Assembly (NCBI GenBank): GCA_002811645.1
Contig: PDIP01000077.1
Coordinates: 1 to 64,000 of the forward strand
Length of the DNA stretch: 64,000 nt
Direction of reading: 5' to 3'
From: Corallochytrium limacisporum Hawaii
Taxonomy: Eukaryota; Protista; Pluriformea
The notes beneath the pieces are model-generated. The model was given only the letters and a program-made list of their open reading frames with translations, had not been told where the DNA came from and did not search any database. Shown here piece by piece: positions 56,066 to 64,000 of the stretch. Each line of letters starts with the position of its first letter. Within the stretch, counting starts at the first letter, position 1. A program made the position numbers and the translations under genes.

Positions 56066-57748
56066 TCATTCGTCCTTGGTCAGATAGGCACCAAGGGCAC
56101 CAAGATACGAGTCCGTGTCTACAAACACCGGTTTGATGTGCCCTTTGGCCCAAAAGCTCACACCAAAGCTGGCCGCGGCGCGACTAGCTGGATTTTGGTG
56201 CAAGTAACTACCAACAAAGATGACATTGCGGATGGTATTCACGCGTGCTGTCAGGTAGGCTATATGTCCAAAGTTGTAACCAATCATTGTGATGATGCTA
56301 GCAGCGAGGTCGGCCGGCCTGCAATCGTGAGGTTGAACCTTTCCGGTGGCAATCTTACCCAGTGAGGATGCCAGGATATCTGGATTTAGACCAGCAGCCT
56401 CGTATCCACGGCCATAGATGTCGCCTACAACGAGATCGACATTCTTGTGGTCTCCCTTGGCTGACATTTGGAGCGCCTGGTTGAAGCTGTCTGCCCCGGT
56501 GATCAGTTTGGCCATACCCCAAGCCGTGCCGCCACCGATGCAGGATCCAGTGACGCGCTCAAAGGTTTTCTCGTCATCCACACGCAACACTGACAAGCCA
56601 GACCCAACAATCATAACTAGATACGGGAACACACCCGAAGTGGTCTCTTTCGCCGTCATGAAGGGTTTCTGGTCAAACTCGCCCGTCTCCGGGTTCGCCA
56701 TGAGGAAGGCCTCTGGGTTATTTCTCAGAAGGTAATTGATTCCGAGTACCACACTACCCAACTCGTCTTTACGACACTTGTTCACGGTCAAACCATCTCC
56801 CAAGACGCCGCTGTTGGTCAGTTCCTCGGTGAATTTAACACTGCCGCCGCCCGTGCAGCGCACCATGCGCAGAGAATAGTATTTCATCCAGTCCAACACG
56901 CTTCCGATGGCGCTAGTATGGAATTGGCGTGTGCGGAACACCAATTCTTCCCCACTTTCCAACGGTATCTCCGGAGCATTATCTGCGGCATCTCCGTTCG
57001 TGTGGTTGGCGTCGTGCGGCTGGTGGGGCACCAGAGGGTCATTCTTGCGATCCAGCCAGACACACTTGCACAGAGACCCACCAATATCCAGCGCTGCAGT
57101 ACCAACGTCCGCTTCTGTCAGACCGCTGCGCCAAGTGGTCTGCAAGGGTCCGGCTTGATGCTCCGCCTGCTTGCTCTGATAGTTCCGGGTCGATGGTGCA
57201 AGGCCAAAACTAGAAGGAAGCTCCACACCGTGTTCTGCGGCCACGACTTTCATCATCGCGGCGTGGTGGATGGCATGGTGATTAACAAAGTGGAGTTCAC
57301 GCGCAACCGTCGACCTTAGGTCATTTTCCGTCCCGTCTGCAGTAATCATGGCACGGACCGTGACCTCCAAATCTAGATCCTCGTCCTTTACGTCCTGGAA
57401 GAGACCCTGAATGCGCCTGATCGCCTCCAGAGCAGATTCTCGGCTGCTTTCGATATCCGTTTCTCGTCGCCTCCGGTCGTACTCAACAGGTTCAGATGTC
57501 AGTTTGCGCCTCTTGCCCTCGGCTGAGAGCAAACCATCGGCCTCTTGCTGCTTCGCCTCCGATAGTTGGGCAATAATCTTATCGTAGTGGTCCAAACAAT
57601 GGCGCAAGTGTTTGCCTACGGTGCTTCCCTTGATCAGGTTCGAAGGGGCTACAAACTGATCATCTGTCGTGCTGTTCACCAGACTGCTAAAGGTAGCCAA
57701 GGTGTCAGCCGCGGCAGCGGCCACAATAGGGGGTTTTGCGGTGGCCAT
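56066..57748 (-). CDS. Fusion of a DinB-like domain and a type II (Fumble) pantothenate kinase
   Basis: N-terminal STVGKHLRHCLDHY, YDRRRRET, STVARELHFVNHHAIHH, FGLAPST. C-terminal DIGGSLCK, TGGGSVKF, DEL, GSGLS, GSCIGGGT, VDLVVGDIYG, ASSLGK, YLGALGA. Confidence 0.88.
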   Translation of the reverse strand: MATAKPPIVAAAAADTLATFSSLVNSTTDDQFVAPSNLIKGSTVGKHLRHCLDHYDKIIAQLSEAKQQEADGLLSAEGKRRKLTSEPVEYDRRRRETDIESSRESALEAIRRIQGLFQDVKDEDLDLEVTVRAMITADGTENDLRSTVARELHFVNHHAIHHAAMMKVVAAEHGVELPSSFGLAPSTRNYQSKQAEHQAGPLQTTWRSGLTEADVGTAALDIGGSLCKCVWLDRKNDPLVPHQPHDANHTNGDAADNAPEIPLESGEELVFRTRQFHTSAIGSVLDWMKYYSLRMVRCTGGGSVKFTEELTNSGVLGDGLTVNKCRKDELGSVVLGINYLLRNNPEAFLMANPETGEFDQKPFMTAKETTSGVFPYLVMIVGSGLSVLRVDDEKTFERVTGSCIGGGTAWGMAKLITGADSFNQALQMSAKGDHKNVDLVVGDIYGRGYEAAGLNPDILASSLGKIATGKVQPHDCRPADLAASIITMIGYNFGHIAYLTARVNTIRNVIFVGSYLHQNPASRAAASFGVSFWAKGHIKPVFVDTDSYLGALGAYLTKDE

Positions 57749-60700
57749 TATTTTTTGCTACTTGGTCTCTAAACAGAATCTCTCGGCAACCTGAGCGCTT
57801 TGGATCAGGCCGACCAGCATCTGTACTCCAAGAACAGAACTTCCCACTAAGTAATACCTCTGTAGCTACTGTTTGCCGTTGACCAGTCCCATCAACAAAC
57901 CCAGCCGGATGAAGAGGAACGAACAGCCTGCGCTGACACCGTACACAGCTCTTAGATTGCCCCAGCACAACACCCCCCCCCCTCTCCCCTGTACCGGAGG
58001 ACCGACTCCCCGGAGGGGCCGGTTCCAAACAGTGGCCGCGTCCGGACACCGGACCCTCCTCCTCCACCAACACTGGGTCCCTGGGGCGTCTGGGACAGTG
58101 GGGGGGGGACTCCGTGGGCAGGGGACCAACAACAGAAAGAAAAAAAGGAAGAAAAGAAACAGAGAGCACCTCCCCTTCGCTTTTTTTGCCAAAAAATATC
58201 ACGAGCACCGGCCAGAGAAACCGGGGAAAAAAAGTGAAAACACCCCCCCCCCACTGGCCCGGGCGGGGTGTGTGCTCCGAGGAGGCGGGCAGTTCCTGAG
58301 TTATTTTAGTACGGCGGCATCGGGGCCGGAAGGGCAGGGCCATTCAGTACGGGGTGAGCCTCCGGAACCGACAAGAGGGGAAGTTCGATCGAAAACTACG
58401 CGCTTCCCCGGCCTCCCCTAACCCCCAACACAGGAGAAAGGCCCACCCGCTCCCGTTGTTTCAGGCCCGGAAGTGGCTTTTTTTTGCAAATTGCGAGCAG
58501 AGCTCCGGGGCCAGTTTTGTCGGTGGCGGGGGAGCGGAGAGCCCAGGTCCCGTCACCGATGGGCCGCTCTCATTCAAAACTGAGACTGAGAGCGAGAGAC
58601 CCGCCGCCATCTCTACACACACACACACACAACTGTGCACTACATTCATTATCGAATTGACTATATATAGTATATTCACTATGGAAGATGAAAAATTAGG
58701 CCCCAAGAGTCGTCCCGCGACCGAGCAACAGGTGGCCCGGTGTGGACCCACCGGACGGTCAGACAAAGAGGGAATGGGGGGGGTCCCGCCTCAGAAGTGA
58801 AAAAATTTTTCAGTCTCTTCGTATGGCTTTTTGGTCCACTGCGTTCCTTGGGTGGGAACGCCTCATAGCGTAAGCACACAATTATCCGTGTTACCCCCCC
58901 TTCTTCTTCGGGGGCCCCTCACAGGTGCGCACCCAAGAAGCACACTGCACCAAGGCACACGAAGTGGGTTGGCCGCGGCAACTGACCGGTCATCGGTAGC
59001 GATGCCGGTGTTCCGAAATTCGTAGCAAGTTTGGGATTCGTCAACCTCGTGGATGGCCGGAACGAGTTTCCGCTTGTCAGTTTAGACCTTTAGAGATATG
59101 TAAGTGAGCGTTGGACGCGCCGTTGGGTTGGTGCCATGGCGGTCCCTTTGGCGGAATTCGCAAGCACGCACGCACGGGCGGGACTTTTTGGTTTGCCATC
59201 AGCTAGTGATATTGTGTGTCGTTTTCCGTAGAGCACGGGCTTTGGTCGCGTTTTGCCAGACAACCTTCATCCTGATGGAAGGAAGAGTGTGAAAACCTCT
59301 CCGGCGCAGACGGTCAGATAATGGCGAGCGATAGTTTCACCTAAACTTTAATTGAAGAAAAACGCATGTGCGCGAGCATACATTGGTTCACGCACGGCAG
59401 GTACACTGCACAGGTCACACACAAATATGAATTCCCGAACGCGGTTTCCGATCTCGATCGGGGTCTTGCGAGCGGACATGTAAAGACCAGCATGTCCTTC
59501 TGAGAAGCACGGAGCTGTAGGGCCCAACAGAAGAGTCACGGTTGACTTGTGGATGGCGAGGGTAAGAATAACGTTGCCCGAGGGCAGGGGAGTGCCCGAC
59601 CCTGATGATCGACTGAGCATTTGCGACATATTGCAGTAAAAGAAGTAGGCATGAGCGTGACCATTTCGCAAGAACCACACCGAAAAATTCTACCTGCTGT
59701 TGGATGCGGATGTGGCTGTTCCGTGGCTATAAACAGCCAACACACTGTCCACTGTGTGCGCCAATATCGATCGTACATCAAATTACGGATACACCCTCCA
59801 AAGATTTTTGATGGCTACACAGTGTTCGAATTAACACAGCCTGCGTCTCAAATCTGTGTGCCAGGGCTTGCCGGCATTCCGCAGGCAAGCATCCAAACCC
59901 GTCGATGGTTGTACATGTTAAAAAGATAGTTGCACATCACATCCGTGCATCTACAGTGAAGGATCTCTCACCCTTTTCTCACAAAATCAAGAAAGAGCTC
60001 ATGGGGGCTTGGACGGCCAACGTTTGAAACCAAGCATCCATAGCATGCTGAGAAATTGTCCTGCCAAAGAGGCTTGGGGTTTCGGATGTGCAATGTCATC
60101 ACTGCGTGTCATAGATTGATATTTGGGTTAGAAGGCTGGGTCTTGTTTCCGAGTCATGCGGCTCAGTCCCCTGTCCCAAATTGTCATGAGAGATGAGCAG
60201 GGCATCCGCGTCAATCGTATCTCTCCTCCTTTCTCTATCCGATTCACGCTCGGTTGTATGGCCCAAGATGGCCGTCTTCTTGAAAACCGGTGCTTCGCTC
60301 AGTATCATCTCCGAGGTGCATTAGAGCACATTCGCCCGCAATCAGGAAGATCTCAGCATTCACCCAACAGGAAAGAGGAGGAAATTGGCTGGAAAAGTAT
60401 ACCGCCCGACCCAAATAGAGAGCGACGGACACCGACCGAGAACGAGGGACGGAGAGAGAAAGAAGAGAAAAGAAAGGAAACAAAAGAGCGGGCTACCACT
60501 GGGTATCATCAGCACTCCTAGAAATTGATTTCTTGGCGAAAATGAGCGACCACGAGGCAGGTAGGCCTACTGCTGCTGGCTGTGGTTCCTCGGCTCGTGG
60601 CTCCGGGCCAGGCGAGACGGGTTGAGAGGTCTCTCCTGCATATCCCCCCCGCTCCGGGCGGGGGAGGGAGCTTGCGCCACGGCTTGAAGGGCGGTCTTTT

Positions 60701-63700
60701 TTTGTTTTGTGTGAATGAATGGTCCTCTTCCTTTCCCTGATGTGCCGCCCCGGTTGGCAGATACTCAACACCCAACTTTCGATGCAAAGTACCCACGTCA
60801 CGTATTCAGGTAGGACGTGACCATGATGCAAACTTTGTTTATCTGTGTTTCCGGAGCCAAATTTCCGAAACCTTTCAAATCGCCACCCACAGGTAGGCGT
60901 AACTGTTTGCTGATAACTAATAATCTGGAGGCCACACTAGAATTCTCTCCACACATCGCCCGACGGCGCACACTCACGCGATGGGTTTTGCAGTCATCCA
61001 CCCAAGCACCACAGTATCTTCGCACCTACCTTCTTGACAAACTATACCTTCCTCCAAAAAATTGGTGTCTAGTAGGGAATCATGGGCTGTTGTTTCAACA
61101 TGACTATGACCATCGATTCCCCAATGATGAAACATTAGCCAGAGGATGATGGTAGTTGTTGTATAGAAGCTCGCGTGGTCCCCGTGTCCCGGAGCACAGT
61201 GATATGTTGGAAGAAAGCGGACGAGGCCACTGTGGACACTGGTTTCGACCACGGTGGAGCACGCGTGTGTGTGTGTAAATGTGTGCTCACCGGCAGAAAC
61301 CTACGATGCTGGGTACAACCAAATGGTGGCGGTGATAAGGTGTTGATGGTTGCGGTGGGTCGTATGAAATACGTCCAGTCAGACCTACATTTCCCCTTTT
61401 TCTAAACCACCATGCCCACAAGCACGGTGCGTATGCGCTTGACCGCAGCCAAGCAGATACATACAGCATGACAATATCTGATAGCTTAAAGGACCCCGAT
61501 GCTCGCTTCCCTGTGCGTTTTGCGGGATGTGATGAGGATGCTCCTGCCAATACCATCATCCTAAACCGGTGCGCCCGTCGAACCCAAACAAACTGTGTGT
61601 AGGGATCTCTCGCGTTGGCAAACAAAAAAAAAAAGGGAAAGAAAACGAAGAAAATTTTCTTCCGCAGTTTCCGTTCTCTGTGGCGCATTGCGCTGCAGTC
61701 CCTCTATCTCTACTGAAGAAAGACGGAACAATAGACAAGGAACGAATGAAACAGGTGGACACAGCCCGGCCAGCAAAAAGATTTTGAGTGGATTCTGTCT
61801 GAACAGACTCTTTGGTACCCTGCAGCTCTGCCAGTTACAGTTCTTTTAAGTCTTGGTTTCGCGCGCACTGCCTGTACTCAGTGGGCTCGTGTACCTGCCA
61901 TCTCTCTGCTGTACAATTGTCAGAGCGCTCTGAGGATTTGACTCTTCAATGCTGGCATACCTCGGCTGTGGTGAACTAATACAGCCAGATTAAACCGAAA
62001 TCACCATGCTGATTCATGCCGATAGACTTTGAACCGTGTCCGGGTGTGAAGAGTACATAGACCTTGACCTACCACTCCAAGGCCCCAATTCCCCCCCCCC
62101 CCTTTTCTTCCCGCTCTGCGGGGCGGCAGTCACAGGGGAGGGCCGGGAGAGAAGAGGGGGGGGGAGGAGGAGGAGCCAGCGACCCAGAGAAGTGCGTAGA
62201 GGCAGGGAGACCTAACCCACTCGCAAAATTACCTGCCGCAAAAGGCTAGTCAACATGCCCAGACAGCACCCTGTTCGATACCATTCATGAAGGAAGGGGA
62301 TTTGGTAACTAAGAAAAGGAAGAGTGAACGAATTACAAAAACAACATCATGTATTATCGCGTGTTGAAGGGTATATCTCCAGTTTTCCTTATCTCCAATA
62401 TAGAAACAATAGAAACATTACCAGTGAATACACATTGAGCTGTCGTGTGTCTGTCAGAGACATACATACCATGTCCCGCTTCGAAACCAAACTATTACTC
62501 AAACGGGAAGGAAATGACGCTCTTCATCTATTCCCAAAGTGCAGGCTGTGAGTACCGTTTTGCATAGTAATTGAACGAAGCAGATTACTCGTACATGTGC
62601 CTCTTCCCTTCCTCACAAGGACTAGTCCGACGAAGAAAACAAAGACGCACGCTCCAGAATTCGAGAAGAAACAAGAAAAAATTCTTCCCAAGAATAACAA
62701 CTGAGAAGCAATGCAGCAATACCCACTGGTAGGTCGGTAAGTACCACTGCCTCCACTTACTCACTACCCAAGTTCTGCTAGTTGGCTGGGTCAAAGGGGA
62801 AGAGGAGGGGGGGTGGCTAGAGATAAGGGGGCAGGGGTGGGCGAAGGGAGGGGGGGAAGCTTTTCCTGATGAATGTGCCCAGGAGGGCAGGCTCCGATAA
62901 AAGCTTCAACTGCCACAGCTCGAGATCTATCAAGCGAGATATCTGTGACCGTCCGCCCAGCACGATCTTTTTCGCAGCTTTTCCTGGTTAGACAGAAGAT
63001 GTGACATTTTAGAGTGAAGGCACTCGGAAAGCCCGACTTTTTGTAGAGATGGAGGAGTCTGGTGTGGTGTAGGGGTAGGGGTAGGGGGGAAGTATTACGA
63101 CGCGTCTGGGTTTTTGCGTGTGCGCTGTCCATCCTGTGCTAAAAGCCCCGTTGTCGTCTCTTTTCTGAATTGTCCATTGGGCCGTAGAGCAAAAATTTCT
63201 TCTTCCCAGGAGCGCGCAAGGCAGAGAAAGGGAGGGGGAGAGGGGGGGGAGTGGCGATAGAGTGATGGAGTAGGCCCCCCCCCCCCGGGGGAGGGGGGCA
63301 GCAACAGCTCTATAGCAGTTCTCGCACAGTGTGTGCGGCGACGTTGGCTGTTTGTGAAGGCAAATTTCGTCCGAAACTAAACAAAATGCCAAATGTGAAA
63401 CGGACTAGGAAACTTGAAAGCCAAAATTCATAGGGAACCAAGAATCCCTCAGAACCTTTTCAGCGTGACCTACTTTCAAGGCCCTGGGCTGAACGATGCA
63501 CAATGATCGGCGCGGCATGAGAGAGATAGCCATCTGAGAAGGGACGCGAAAATTGAATCCATCTCTCCCGGTTCGTGCCGTAGAGTATGTACTGCAAACG
63601 GCTGCGTTTCAGACCATAGATTTCCTGTCTTTCCAGCACTTCAGCGTTTGGACGGCCGCGGTTGAGTAAGGACGAATCCGCTAACTATCCATCGAGCAGG

Positions 63701-64000
63701 CCGGTGTGTTGCGGCAAGAAGGGGCGCGGGCGTCAACGCGTCGGTAATTGAAATACGGACAGCAGTAGCGATGCGATGAGCACATGCTTCATCAATTAGC
63801 CTTGACACAGAACAAGCAAGACCGGGCATAACGGTAGCATGGCGAAGTGCATGCGTGATTATGCGGGGTGTGGGTGTAATATAGTCCTCTGATACCATCA
63901 ATCCATCCAAAGGGTTCCGCGATCCTTCCGTGCTCGCTTGGACACGTCAAGGGCACTAAGACGTGGATCATTTTAGGTTTTATACTTTCAGTACAGGATC

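Noticed and set aside
61028-61100. Kinase Gly-loop-like relic (NYTFLQKIGV**GIMG)
   Set aside because: Too short, interrupted by stops, and no downstream kinase motifs.
63930-63945. U6 snRNA-like start GTGCTCGCTT
   Set aside because: Similarity ends after 10 nt; no 5' hairpin or ACAGAGA box follows.
1-64000. tRNA, rRNA, transposase or reverse transcriptase genes
   Set aside because: No GTTCGA site inspected formed a T-arm, and no rRNA or mobile-element motifs were recognised by eye; tRNAscan-SE, Rfam and RepeatModeler would be needed to exclude them.

Overview
This window is the left end of a chromosome from a compact, almost intron-free unicellular eukaryote. It starts with a (CCCTAA)n telomere and has about 21 credible protein-coding genes, many in convergent pairs with very short 3' gaps and divergent starts separated by poly-C/poly-G islands. 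Gene content in order: a telomere-abutting gene with a HEPN-like RxxxxH motif and Unkempt-like CCCH zinc fingers; a small membrane protein; bacterial-type LdhA, TrxB-like and DMT (DUF486) genes; a homologue of plant GINT1 (GT64); calpain; an ACT protein; a homologue of plant IPUT1 (GT8); CENP-N-like; FOP/CEP43; VTA1; an SDR-CbiX fusion; a P450; a secreted glycosidase-like protein; F-box; a small TM protein; UVRAG; a relic of an axonemal dynein heavy chain; DMC1 (the only gene needing an intron); a second P450; and a DinB-pantothenate kinase fusion. TTAGGG telomeres, intron poverty, CENP-N and a flagellar relic would fit a unicellular opisthokont such as a Corallochytrium-like holozoan, but this is an unverified inference. 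Best candidates for new biology: (1) the telomere-capped HEPN-CCCH RNase candidate, (2) the linked IPUT1+GINT1 plant-type GIPC pathway, (3) the dynein fossil, and (4) the DinB-PanK and SDR-CbiX fusions. All homology calls come from motif recognition by eye; no searches were run.
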